Shown piece after piece: positions 41,550 through 51,331 of a DNA stretch of 64,000 nt. The stretch's first letter is position 1; each line of letters begins with the position of its first letter. The notes under the pieces were generated by a model. That model was not told where the DNA came from. It saw only the letters and a list, made by a program, of their open reading frames with translations, and ran no database searches. The stretch spans positions 448,001 to 512,000 of the forward strand of contig CAWEYG010000001.1 in NCBI GenBank assembly GCA_963813155.1. The letters run 5' to 3'. Position numbers and translations under genes: made by a program. This stretch comes from an uncultured Acidobacteriota bacterium. GTDB lineage: Bacteria > Acidobacteriota > Thermoanaerobaculia > UBA5066 > DATFVB01.

Positions 41550-41933
41550 ATGAGACCCTTCTCCCGGAAAACGGTGCTCCTCCTCGTCGCCCTGCTGTGC
41601 GGCCCGCGTGTGCGCGCGGGCCTTCGCCGCGCCGAAGCGGCTCCCGCCGCGCAGGCGGGCGTTCGCCACGTGACCGTCGCCGGCTACATCGGCGACTCGA
41701 TGTGCGGGCTGCATCACGGCAAGTCGGTGGTGTCCCCCGCCCAGGAGCGGGAATGCACGATCCAGTGCGTCTCCGACGGCAGCAAGTTCATCCTGGCGGA
41801 CCGGGCCAACCGCAAGGTCTACCAGCTGGAGGACCAGTTGGCGCCGCGGCGCTTCGCGGGAAAGAAGGTGCGGGTCACCGGAGAGATCGAAGAGGACGGC
41901 CTTCACGTGGAGACGATCGAACCCGCGGAATAG
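41550..41933 (+). CDS. Small secreted Cys-containing OB-fold-like protein
   Basis: G.I.DSMCG..H...CT..CV..G..F, FAGKKV.VTG. Confidence 0.7.
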   Translation: MRPFSRKTVLLLVALLCGPRVRAGLRRAEAAPAAQAGVRHVTVAGYIGDSMCGLHHGKSVVSPAQERECTIQCVSDGSKFILADRANRKVYQLEDQLAPRRFAGKKVRVTGEIEEDGLHVETIEPAE

Positions 41934-41939
41934 ATTCCC

Positions 41940-42480
41940 GGGCTTCGCTTGGCCCGATTGGCGGCCCCAGCCCGCAGCGGCGCTCGGCAGTTCCTCGCTC
42001 GCCGAAAAGAACTCGCCCATCGGGCTTCACCTCGGCAACCGCTCACCGAGGGGGGCTTCGGGGACTTCGAGCGAACACATCCGCTCACATGCGACTCTGG
42101 GGCTTTGCAACGACTCCGCGCCGCGAGCGGCAAAAGGGGGTGCCCCGCGCCACCCGCGACTTCTTGCGCCGGCGTGTTGGAGCCCCGACCCTCGCGGGTC
42201 GTTGCGGGCTCAGGAGATGGGGCTCCAACTCCGCGGGAGGAGGGTCGCGAGAGAGGGAATCGGTTGTCTGAGGCGCCGTCTCGTGCGCCGACCCAAGGTG
42301 GAAGCTCGAAGACCGAAGAGCGCGAAACCGGGAAAGCCGTCCCTGTTCACACTGCAGCGGTCGGCGCAAGGCGACGAGTTCCGATTCCCGAAGGAGCGAC
42401 CGCCTCCCGCGCGCTCCGTCGACGGAGGCACCGAAGACTCCGCCAGGGGCTTCAGTCGCTCTCGGGCCGAGCGAACCCTT
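41940..42480 (+). repeat. Mosaic MITE-like element, copy E
   Basis: GGGCTTCGCTTGGCCCG ... CGGGCCGAGCGAACCCT; modules m3, m2, m4. Confidence 0.82.
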
Positions 42481-42522
42481 CGTTTCGATTCGAGAATTCT
42501 ACCGCCGCGCCGCGTCAACCGG

Positions 42523-42978
42523 CTAGCGGCGAGTCGCGTCAACACGAAGAATGAGGTCGTCGACGAGCGGGTTTCGCGCAAACCGCAGGAATCGCACCGG
42601 CGGCGCGAACACGATCCGATCGCCGAGGGCGGTCGCCTCCCGCAACGTCAGCGTCATGAGCGGCGGATTCGTGAACCGCTCGTAGCTGATGTTGACGATC
42701 TGCGCGAGCAGGACGTGGGCCTCCTCGCCGCCCTTCTTCACGATCAGCTCGCTTCCCGCGTCCCAGACTTCGTCGGCGAGCGGGGCGATGAGCCATCGGT
42801 AGAGAAAAGCGCCGAGCAGCGCGACCGGCCCCAACACGCTCCACACGATGGCGCGGCTGCCCGGCTTCGGGTGGCGATCCGCGAACACCGCGATCGCCAC
42901 GACCACGAGCGTCCCGAAGTACAGCACGGGAAACATCTTCTTCAGGAACCAAGTCTGGCGAGACGAGATGAGCTTCAT
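42523..42978 (-). CDS. Hypothetical membrane protein
   Basis: Two TM segments, LADEVWD.G..L, NPP. Confidence 0.75.
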   Translation of the reverse strand: MKLISSRQTWFLKKMFPVLYFGTLVVVAIAVFADRHPKPGSRAIVWSVLGPVALLGAFLYRWLIAPLADEVWDAGSELIVKKGGEEAHVLLAQIVNISYERFTNPPLMTLTLREATALGDRIVFAPPVRFLRFARNPLVDDLILRVDATRR

Positions 42979-43042
42979 GCAGTCGCCGTATTATCCCTTC
43001 TCTCGCACACGAGGCCACCCTCCTGTATTCTCTGGAGACATC

Positions 43043-43492
43043 ATGCCGCCGCTCGACGAGAAGCCGTTTCGATCCCCGGGCGAGTCCGACGAGCCCTCGC
43101 AGGTGCACGTCCAGATGAGCCAGCCGCGCGTGCGGCCCCACGTCGCTCCGGCCGCCGGAAAAACGGGAGCCCTGACGAAGGCGGACTACGTGACGAGCTT
43201 CCTCGTCGCCTGGCAGCCCACTCCGACGCCCCCGGCCCACTGGGTCGAGCTCCTGCGGCAGGCCCCGTTCGGCACGCAGACGATCCGCGCGCGCGACCTG
43301 CACTGGGACGGCCGCTATTTTTCGATCGAGCTTCCCAACGAAGGGGACATCGAGGCCTTCAGCATCGAGATGCCCGACTGGGTGGCCTTCGCGAACGCCG
43401 AGTTCGGCCGCCGCGAGCACACTCCCGCCGAAGAGGCGCTCGCGGAGGCGCAGAAGCGCGCGCAGGAGCTGGAAAACCGATTGCGGCGCTAG
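43043..43492 (+). CDS. Hypothetical protein
   Basis: GGAG RBS, host-like codon usage, coiled C-terminus. Confidence 0.65.
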   Translation: MPPLDEKPFRSPGESDEPSQVHVQMSQPRVRPHVAPAAGKTGALTKADYVTSFLVAWQPTPTPPAHWVELLRQAPFGTQTIRARDLHWDGRYFSIELPNEGDIEAFSIEMPDWVAFANAEFGRREHTPAEEALAEAQKRAQELENRLRR

Positions 43493-43504
43493 CGAGCCCT
43501 GAAC

Positions 43505-43696
43505 CTAATCGTTTCGCGAACGAAATGCCCAGAGCGCGAGAAGCGCGGCGACGACGGTCGCGACCCACGAGGTCCAGATCGGAATGCGGTGGAGGCCGAG
43601 ATAGACATTCATTCCCCGAAGCGCCCTCACGGCGTGCCCCGCCGCGACCAGGAGAAACACCAACCCCGAGACAACCGGATAAGCGCTCTTTTTCAT
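43505..43696 (-). CDS. Small membrane protein
   Basis: 63 aa with two TM segments; F.LVA..H..R, IP.W.SW. Confidence 0.7.
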   Translation of the reverse strand: MKKSAYPVVSGLVFLLVAAGHAVRALRGMNVYLGLHRIPIWTSWVATVVAALLALWAFRSRND

Positions 43697-43812
43697 AGTG
43701 CGAGCATCATATCCGGGTGGATGCGGCCAAGATCGTTTCCCTTCTTTGGCTTGCCCAGGATTCTATGCCTCTCCCGCGTGGGCAGTGAGCAAGCCCTCGT
43801 TGGGCCAAGTCC

Positions 43813-44132
43813 TCATCGCCCCGATTCCCCGATCGCTTTCCCAAGCTCTCGCGCAGTCGCGCCGAGGGTGAACAGCGACCGAACCAGCAGATCCATCGAG
43901 ACCGACCGGTCAGCCGCTTCCATCTTCGCCACGCGCGACTGGCTCGAATGTAGCCGCTTCGCAAACGCGGCCTGCGAGAGCCGATGATGGATTCGGGTGT
44001 CACGAAGTAAGCGGCTTAGGGTCAGCTTGAGCTCGATCAGGGCCTCCTCTGCCTGACTCAGCCCGAGGAACTCCGCTGCCGTGCCGACCTTCCAGCCGGC
44101 CGCGGCCAGCCCAGTCGCCTCGCAGTTCTCAT
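43813..44132 (-). CDS. XRE/HigA-like antitoxin-type HTH protein (one indel near N-terminus)
   Basis: AAGWKVGTAAEFLGLS..EEALIELKL...SQ..FAKRL.SSQSRVAKME..D.SVS.DLL. Missing from the ORF track. Confidence 0.8.
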
Positions 44133-44138
44133 TCGCTC

Positions 44139-44160
44139 AGTATATGTCACTTCTGACATA
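44139..44160 (-). promoter_or_regulatory. Palindromic operator overlapping -10 box
   Basis: TATGTCA-CTTC-TGACATA (44143-44160); TATACT 6 nt before the ATG. Confidence 0.65.
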
Positions 44161-44168
44161 ACACCCAT

Positions 44169-44213
44169 CCCTCTCCACCTGGAGAGGGGGGACCGCCGCA
44201 GCGGTGGGTGAGG
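44169..44213 (+). repeat. CCCTCTCC-N4/5-GGAGAGGG palindromic repeat
   Basis: CCCTCTCCACCTGGAGAGGG..GCAGCGGTGGGTGAGG; similar copy at 47692-47734. Confidence 0.7.
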
Positions 44214-44231
44214 TGGAAACTGCGACCCAGG

Positions 44232-45276
44232 GCGATTCTTTGATTTCACAAACGAAGTGCAACACCTTCTGATGGGGGTGCTGCGATGGGGCGCCAATAC
44301 GGGCAGCTTGGGATCCAGGAACGGTGTGAGATTGCCCGGCGTCGCTGCGCCGGGCAATCGATCCGGCAAATCGCGGCAGGTCTGGATCGCGCGCCATCGA
44401 GCGTTGCTCGGGAGCTGAAGCGCAACAGCACGACGTCGGGCGGGTATCAGCCCGTTTACGCCGGTCAACAGGCCAAGGCACGGCGCTGGACCGGCAGCAA
44501 ACTGTTGCGTCGGCCCGACCTCCAGGCTCTGGTCTTGGACCGCCTCAGTCAGGGATGGTCGCCGCAGGAGGTCGCCGGCAGGCTCGCGCGCGAAGAAGGC
44601 CGGCCGGTTGTCAGTCATGAAACCATTTATCGCTTCATCGCCGCTCAGATCGCTCGCACCAAGGATTACTCCTGGCGGCTCTACCTCCCCCGCGGCAAGA
44701 GCAAGCGCGGCCGACGCTCCCCAAAACACGGCAACTCGACCGTGCACATCCAAAACCGTGTCCCCATTGCTCTGCGACCCCCAGAAGCCAGTGACCGAAC
44801 CAACCCTGGCCATTGGGAGGCCGATCTCATGCTCTTTGCCACCTATGGGCAGGCCGTCTTGGCCCTTCACGAACGTACTTCTTGACTGACGGTTATCCTG
44901 CGTCAACAAAGCAAGGCCGCCGCACCTCTTGTCTCTACCATCGAAAATCTTCTGCGACCTCTTCCCCCGTCCCTGCGCCGCACCGTGACCTTCGACAACG
45001 GAACCGAGTTCGCTTTCCATCACCGCCTGGGGAAAACCCTCGGAGTCGAAACATTCTTTTGCGATCCACGGTCTCCTTGGCAGAAGGGCGGAGTCGAAAA
45101 TGCCATCGGCCGGCTTCGTCGCTTCCTCCCCCGAAAAACCGACCTGGCAGTCCTTCCCACGAGCCAAATCCTCCGCCTTGCCCAACTCTACAATCACACA
45201 CCTAGGAAATGCCTTGACTTCCAAACCCCGGCCGAGGTCTTCTCTCATCTGTTGCACTTCAAATGTGAATCCACCT
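44232..45276 (+). mobile_element. IS30 family element, copy 1
   Basis: 1045 bp shared with copy 2; IRs GATTTCACAAACGAAGTGCAACA / TGTTGCACTTCAAATGTGAATC. Confidence 0.93.
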
Positions 45277-45296
45277 CCCCGCGTTCGCGGGAATGA
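44286..45296 (+). pseudogene. IS30 transposase with nonsense codon
   Basis: TGA at 44883-44885 where copy 2 has CGA. Confidence 0.85.
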
Positions 45297-45358
45297 CGGG
45301 GCTGGGCGCGCCGGGGAGGGGTCGGCGTATCGTCGATTTGGTAGACTTTCTTGCGCAA

Positions 45359-47072
45359 ATGTCCTTTCCACGGGCGGCGATTCTCGTGCTCGGCCTCGCC
45401 CCGTTCTTCGGAGCGCGGCCTGCCGCGGCCGCGCCTTCCCGCGACCCGCGGGAATTCGCCGTCGATCGGCTGCCGGCGGACTTCTCCGGAACGTGGGAGA
45501 TCTTGTTCGACGACGGCCGCTGGCGTCCCGTGACGATCCCCGGAACCTGGCAGGAGAGCGGCTATCCGAACCACGGCTTCGCGTGGCTGCGCGTTCGGTT
45601 TCGGGTTTCGTCCGGCGCCGCTGAGCAGGCGCTCGCGCTGGCCTCGACGCAGATCCGCGACGCCGAGGAAGTTTTCCTCGACGGACGCCGGATCGGCGGC
45701 GCGGGCGGCTTTCCACCCGTCTACGCGAAGGCCACGCTGCTCGATCGCGTCTACCCGCTGCCGGTCACCCTCGGCGCCGGACCGCATGTCCTGTCTTTCC
45801 GAATCTACAACGCCGGGCCGCGCGGCGGCGGAATCACCGGAGTGCCGAGAATCGAGCGGCTCGAGGATGCGCTCGGGCGCCGGTCCGGCCGCGACTTGTT
45901 CCGGTTGCTCCTCGCCTCGTCGATCGGCGCGATCGGCCTCGTCGCTCTGATTTTCTATCTGCGCGACCGCCGCCAGCGCGAGCTCTTGTTCTTCTTTTTC
46001 TACGCCCTCTCGATCTCCGCCTACCAGCTCACCTGGCTCTCCGCGTGGAGCCAGGCGCGATCGCCGGTCTGCTGGCAGTTCCGGCTGAACATGTTTTTCA
46101 TCTTCGTCATTCTCGGGTTCTACATCGTCTTCAACCTCCGCGTGTTCGGCCGGGCCTTTCGGCGGCGGCACGTGGCGGCTCTCGCCGTGATCGCCACGCT
46201 GTCCGCGCTGACGCTCGCCTGGCCTCGCGTGGACGATCTCTACGTTTTTCTCGCGGTCGACGAGATCGTGTTCGTCCTCGTCGCGGTCGAAATGCTGACG
46301 AACCTCGTCCAGGACACCCGCCGCCGAATTCCGTACGCCGCGCCGGTTCTGGCCGGCACGGTCGTCTGCGTCTTCGGCGCGGGCTACGACATTCTGCAGG
46401 ACATGGGGCTCCTGGGAGATCCCGCCGGGACGTTCCGGCTGCTCGGCCCCGCGATCCTGGTCTTCACCCTGGTCTACCTGTGGGTCATGGCCGACCGATT
46501 CGCGTGGGCGAACCAGGCCGCGGTCGACCGACCCGCTGACCGGACTGCCGAATCGCAATCTCCTGTTCGAGCGGCTGTCGCAGGAGCTTTCCCGGTCCCG
46601 GCGGACGGGTCAGCCGTGCGCGCTCGCGATCCTCGATCTCGACAATTTCAAGGCTTTCAACGACCGCTTCGGCCACCTCGCGGGCGACCAGTTCCTGCGG
46701 GTCGTCGCCAACGCGATCCAACGGGCGACGAGGGACACCGATCTCGTCGCCCGCTACGGCGGCGAGGAGTTCGTGATCGTGCTGCCGGGGAGCGACCGCG
46801 AGATCGCAACGCGTTGCCTCGAGAGGATCCGCTTCGAAGTCGCGCAGACGCGCCTCGGGTCCGACTCCGAGACGCGCACCGCCTCGATCGGCGCTGTCAT
46901 CTACGATCCCGTTTCGCAGCCCTCGATCGGGATGTTGCCGCTGCTCCGAAACGCCGACGCGGCGCTGTATTCCGCCAAGGCCGAGGGCCGCAACCGCCTC
47001 GTGCTCGTCAAGGGCCCGCTGCGCGAAACCATCTCCGGTCCCACGCCGATCCCGAAGCTTCGCACGCGCTGA
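45359..47072 (+). CDS. Membrane-bound diguanylate cyclase (extracellular beta domain + multi-TM + GGDEF), indel near 46530
   Basis: D.LTGLPNR, DLDNFK.FNDRFGH..GD, RDTDLVARYGGEEF (RxxD I-site), AD.ALY.AK..GRN. Confidence 0.88.
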
Positions 47073-47086
47073 CTTCTCCGAGCTCC

Positions 47087-47130
47087 CGAAAAAAGAAGCC
47101 GGGCTCCCGGTCATCCAACCGGGGGCCCGG
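47087..47130 (-). terminator. Intrinsic terminator
   Basis: GCCGGGCCCCCGG..CCGGGAGCCCGGC followed by TTCTTTTTT on the minus strand. Confidence 0.75.
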
Positions 47131-47141
47131 CGGGAAGGAGA

Positions 47142-47400
47142 TTACCGCTTCGAAGAAGCGGGGGCCGCGGCCGGCTTCGCGGCCGGGCGTTTGGAAACGC
47201 TCCGGCGGTGACGGCGCGTCGACCTCTTCACCGCGGGCTTCGGGCTCGGCGGTGCTGGCGGTGTTTTGTCCGGACGTCGCGTTGGCAGACGGCGCCGGGG
47301 TCGCCTTGGCGGACGACGGCGAGGCCGCCGGGCTGGCGGCGAAGACCGCTGCCGACAGGGACAGGATCCCCGAGGCGGCGAGAGCTGCGAGTTTCTTCAT
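47142..47400 (-). CDS. Small secreted Ala/Pro/Lys/Arg-rich protein (probable indel)
   Basis: MKKLAALAAS signal; a one-base shift gives PKPAVKRSTRRHRRSVSKRPAAKPAAAPASSKR-TAA just before the terminator. Confidence 0.6.
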
Positions 47401-47410
47401 GACCTTGTTA

Positions 47411-47488
47411 CTCCCCTGTCTCCCGTTGGGTTGTCGAGGTGGGAGACTCCGTAAGACCTCGCCAACCCCTATTGGAACTCTCGTGCCA
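47411..47488 (-). promoter_or_regulatory. Sigma54-like promoter and structured 5'UTR
   Basis: TGGCACG-AGAG-TTCC; CGAGGT/ACCTCG and GTCTCCC/GGGAGAC pairings before the GGGGAG RBS. Confidence 0.5.
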
Positions 47489-47691
47489 CGCGTCGCCAGA
47501 AGCCAAGCTCAACGGCGCGCGGCACTTCGCAAAGGCGGGGTTTTTTGGAGCCGGCGAAATCTGAACGAATTCGTCTATCCCAGTTCGACGTCTTCGTGTT
47601 TTTCGATTTGGGAAGAATCTATTCCCGGATTTCGATCTTCCCCGACCTGCAAGCGGGGAGGGGCGGCGCACATGAAGCCTTCTTCCGATTT

Positions 47692-47734
47692 CCCTCTCCC
47701 GGCGGGAGAGGGTGCCGCGCAGCGGCGGGTGAGG
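47692..47734 (+). repeat. CCCTCTCCC-GGC-GGGAGAGGG palindromic repeat
   Basis: Same type as 44169-44213. Confidence 0.7.
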
Positions 47735-47770
47735 GAAGGAGCGCCGGGGTGGGGTCAAAGCTCGACCCGA

Positions 47771-48815
47771 GCGATTCTTTGATTTCACAAACGAAGTGCA
47801 ACACCTTCTGATGGGGGTGCTGCGATGGGGCGCCAATACGGGCAGCTTGGGATCCAGGAACGGTGTGAGATTGCCCGGCGTCGCTGCGCCGGGCAATCGA
47901 TCCGGCAAATCGCGGCAGGTCTGGATCGCGCGCCATCGAGCGTTGCTCGGGAGCTGAAGCGCAACAGCACGACGTCGGGCGGGTATCAGCCCGTTTACGC
48001 CGGTCAACAGGCCAAGGCACGGCGCTGGACCGGCAGCAAACTGTTGCGTCGGCCCGACCTCCAGGCTCTGGTCTTGGACCGCCTCAGTCAGGGATGGTCG
48101 CCGCAGGAGGTCGCCGGCAGGCTCGCGCGCGAAGAAGGCCGGCCGGTTGTCAGTCATGAAACCATTTATCGCTTCATCGCCGCTCAGATCGCTCGCACCA
48201 AGGATTACTCCTGGCGGCTCTACCTCCCCCGCGGCAAGAGCAAGCGCGGCCGACGCTCCCCAAAACACGGCAACTCGACCGTGCACATCCAAAACCGTGT
48301 CCCCATTGCTCTGCGACCCCCAGAAGCCAGTGACCGAACCAACCCTGGCCATTGGGAGGCCGATCTCATGCTCTTTGCCACCTATGGGCAGGCCGTCTTG
48401 GCCCTTCACGAACGTACTTCTCGACTGACGGTTATCCTGCGTCAACAAAGCAAGGCCGCCGCACCTCTTGTCTCTACCATCGAAAATCTTCTGCGACCTC
48501 TTCCCCCGTCCCTGCGCCGCACCGTGACCTTCGACAACGGAACCGAGTTCGCTTTCCATCACCGCCTGGGGAAAACCCTCGGAGTCGAAACATTCTTTTG
48601 CGATCCACGGTCTCCTTGGCAGAAGGGCGGAGTCGAAAATGCCATCGGCCGGCTTCGTCGCTTCCTCCCCCGAAAAACCGACCTGGCAGTCCTTCCCACG
48701 AGCCAAATCCTCCGCCTTGCCCAACTCTACAATCACACACCTAGGAAATGCCTTGACTTCCAAACCCCGGCCGAGGTCTTCTCTCATCTGTTGCACTTCA
48801 AATGTGAATCCACCT
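47771..48815 (+). mobile_element. IS30 family element, copy 2
   Basis: Near-identical to copy 1, same IRs. Confidence 0.95.
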
Positions 48816-48835
48816 TCCCGCGTGCGCGGGAATGA
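47825..48835 (+). CDS. IS30 family transposase
   Basis: HTH, WSPQ, SHETIY, GHWEAD, TFDNGTEF, PWQKG.VEN, N.TPRKCL. Confidence 0.95.
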   Translation: MGRQYGQLGIQERCEIARRRCAGQSIRQIAAGLDRAPSSVARELKRNSTTSGGYQPVYAGQQAKARRWTGSKLLRRPDLQALVLDRLSQGWSPQEVAGRLAREEGRPVVSHETIYRFIAAQIARTKDYSWRLYLPRGKSKRGRRSPKHGNSTVHIQNRVPIALRPPEASDRTNPGHWEADLMLFATYGQAVLALHERTSRLTVILRQQSKAAAPLVSTIENLLRPLPPSLRRTVTFDNGTEFAFHHRLGKTLGVETFFCDPRSPWQKGGVENAIGRLRRFLPRKTDLAVLPTSQILRLAQLYNHTPRKCLDFQTPAEVFSHLLHFKCESTFPRARE

Positions 48836-48866
48836 CTCGGGCGACGGAATCCAGCGGTCAGCCCGC

Positions 48867-50490
48867 TTAATTCGGTTCCCTTCCCGTCGGCGGCCGCAGA
48901 GCGAGGAGCTGGCGGTTCAACGACCACGCGACGACGCGTGGCCTGCCCGGCCCCGGCGGATTCGGGAAGGGCAGGTACGCCTCGAGCCCCTCGCCGAACG
49001 GAACGACGCGGCCCGGAAGTCCCGCCCGCCCCGCCCACGACGAAACGAGGCCCGGTTCCCAGGCGACGAGCGCGAACGGCGCGGGCTCCGCCGGCAGGAA
49101 GGCCCCGTAGCTCCCTTCGTCCGCATAGGCCGGAACCGCGCGGATTTTTTCGAGGGACAGAAAATTGATTCCGTAGACGTCCCAGTAGTCTCCGACGACG
49201 TAAACGACGTTCTCCCGCCGGAGAAAATCGAGGAGGCGGGTTTCCGCGCCGAGCGCGCGGACCCGCTCCGGCTCGAACGCCGGATAGCCGGCGTTCGCGA
49301 GGGTGTACGCCGGCCAGACCGCGAAAAGCGCGACTGCCCACCCGGCCCGGACGCGCTCCGAGACGGCCGAAGAGATTCGCGAGGAGAATCGGCGTCGCGA
49401 GCGCGACCGGGAGCGCGTAGCGCACCGTCGCGCCCCGGACGCCGCCCGTCCACGAAAAGACGTTTGCTGCCGCCGTGGCCGCGACGATCAGCGCGGGCAG
49501 CAGGTCTTCCCACGGAGAGGCTTCGCGCAAATGCGAGATCTCTCGACCGCGAAAGAGGCGCCACAGACAGAACCCCGCCGCGAGAGCGAGCTCGACGAGG
49601 AGCAAGCCGCCGAGGACCGCGTTGGCGCCCGGCCCGACGCGCCGTGCATTCGAGACGCGCCCATGCGCGAGCGAGGCGCGGCCGAGCGCGAGCTCCACGA
49701 GGTCGTACGCCGCGAAATGCCGGGCGTTGTCCGCGATTTGCGCGAGGCCCCCCGCGGGCGCGATCGGATACTGACTCGAACGGAAGGTGGCCAGCGGATG
49801 CATGGCGTTGTAGGCGAGGAACGGCAGCGCTCCCAGGAGGAACCCGGCGGCGATTCGAGGAGCGGCCCGCGGGCCGCCGCGGCGCCGGCGCGCCTGAAAC
49901 CCGATCCAGATCAGCGCGGGGACCGTCACGGTCAGGCTCAGGAGATTGTTCCAGAGCCCGAGGCCGGCGCAGAGGCCGGTCAGCCAGGCCGAGAGGACGA
50001 CCGTCTTTCCGCCGACCACGCGGGCGGCGAACGCGAGCGTGGCGGCGCCCAGGAACATCAGGACGTCATAGCCGGTGGGCCGCGCGCAGACGTCGGTCAC
50101 GGCCAGGAGGGGAATCGCGGCGAGCGCAGCGGCGAAAGCCGCGCGGCGCCCGGGCAGAAGCTCCTTCGCGAACAACGCGTAGGCCGCGACGAATCCCACG
50201 CCCGCCGCGAACGGGGCGACGAGCAGCGCTCCGGACGAAATTCCGAAAATCCGGAACACGGCCGCGTGGAAGTAGCCTTCGAGCGCACCGAGCCGCACAC
50301 CGGAATAGAAGACAGGGTGGTGGCCGCGCAGGACCTTGAACGCCGTCAACCCCGTCATGACGGAGTCAGATTCCCCGCGGAGCCTCGCCACGGGCAACGC
50401 GAGCGCCACGCGGAACGCGGCGCCTGCCGCGACGAGGACGGCCAAAGCGAGGTTCTCGCGGAGCCGGAAGAACGACAATCGCTCTTCCAT
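48867..50490 (-). CDS. GT-C (ArnT/GT39-like) membrane glycosyltransferase, indels
   Basis: Polytopic membrane ORF; SD...GL.A, P.FY.G...GALE, RY.LP; C-terminal DYW in a shifted frame. Confidence 0.65.
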
Positions 50491-50498
50491 CGAAATTC

Positions 50499-50930
50499 CT
50501 AGCGTCCCCGCGCCGCCTCGCCGCGGAGCACGAGGCAGGTGCTCGTCGCGAAGGCGACGAGCGAGCCGCCTTCGTCGCGGACGTCGCACTGCAGCAGCAC
50601 GACCTTGCGCCCCGCCTTCTTGACTTCTCCGCGCGCGGTGAGCCGGCCGCTCCAGACCGGCTTCGTGAAGTTCACTTTGAGCTCGATCGTCGTGAACGAC
50701 TCCTCTTCTTCGAGCGTCGAATAGCAGGCGACCCCCATCGCGAGGTCGGCGAGATCGCACAACACCCCGCCGTGCACGGTCCCCATCGTGTTCGCGTGCC
50801 GGGCGTCGGCGTGAAGCTCCAGGAGCGCGATTCCCTCGTCGAAGGAGATCACGCGCATGCCGATGAGCTTCGCTACCGGCGGCGCGAGCTCCGGCAGGTC
50901 GTGGAGTCGCATTTTCTCGATGTTCTTCAT
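50499..50930 (-). CDS. PaaI family thioesterase
   Basis: HAN.MGTVHGG...DLAD.AMG, T.ELKVNF. Confidence 0.93.
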   Translation of the reverse strand: MKNIEKMRLHDLPELAPPVAKLIGMRVISFDEGIALLELHADARHANTMGTVHGGVLCDLADLAMGVACYSTLEEEESFTTIELKVNFTKPVWSGRLTARGEVKKAGRKVVLLQCDVRDEGGSLVAFATSTCLVLRGEAARGR

Positions 50931-51043
50931 CCGGCGCCGCAAATCTACCTCACCGAACGCAGAGGAAGCGCGCAGAAGGGCCTCCGGGCGCTGACGCTCC
51001 GGCCGTCCTCGTTCGTGTCATCATCGGGCGAGAGGAGGTCCCC

Positions 51044-51313
51044 ATGGACGACCGTCCCTGCCCGCACCTCGCCGCCGTGGAGACCGTGCGGCACGCCAAA
51101 CGCCGGGAATGCGAGGAATGCGTGAAGATCGGCGCGCAGTGGGTCCACCTGCGCACGTGCCAGCAGTGCGGCGCGACGCTGTGCTGCGACTCCTCGCCGA
51201 ACCAGCACGCGAGCAAACACGCGAAAGCGACCGGCCACCCGGTGATTGCCTCGGCGCAGCCCGGCGAGCGGTGGCTCTATTGCTACCCGGACGACGCGAT
51301 GGCGGAGTACTGA
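51044..51313 (+). CDS. Bacterial UBP-type zinc finger protein
   Basis: CPH, CEEC, WVHLR.C..CG...CCDSSP..HA..H, W.YCY.D. Confidence 0.93.
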   Translation: MDDRPCPHLAAVETVRHAKRRECEECVKIGAQWVHLRTCQQCGATLCCDSSPNQHASKHAKATGHPVIASAQPGERWLYCYPDDAMAEY

Positions 51314-51331
51314 GGCGGATCCCCGCGGCGG

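Noticed and set aside
44883-44885. In-frame TGA in IS30 copy 1 as possible recoding
   Set aside because: It aligns to Arg (CGA) in copy 2, not Cys, so it is a simple C>T nonsense change or a sequencing error.
44058-45716. Long antisense ORF across IS30 (also 47408-48796)
   Set aside because: Reverse-frame shadow of the transposase with no independent evidence.
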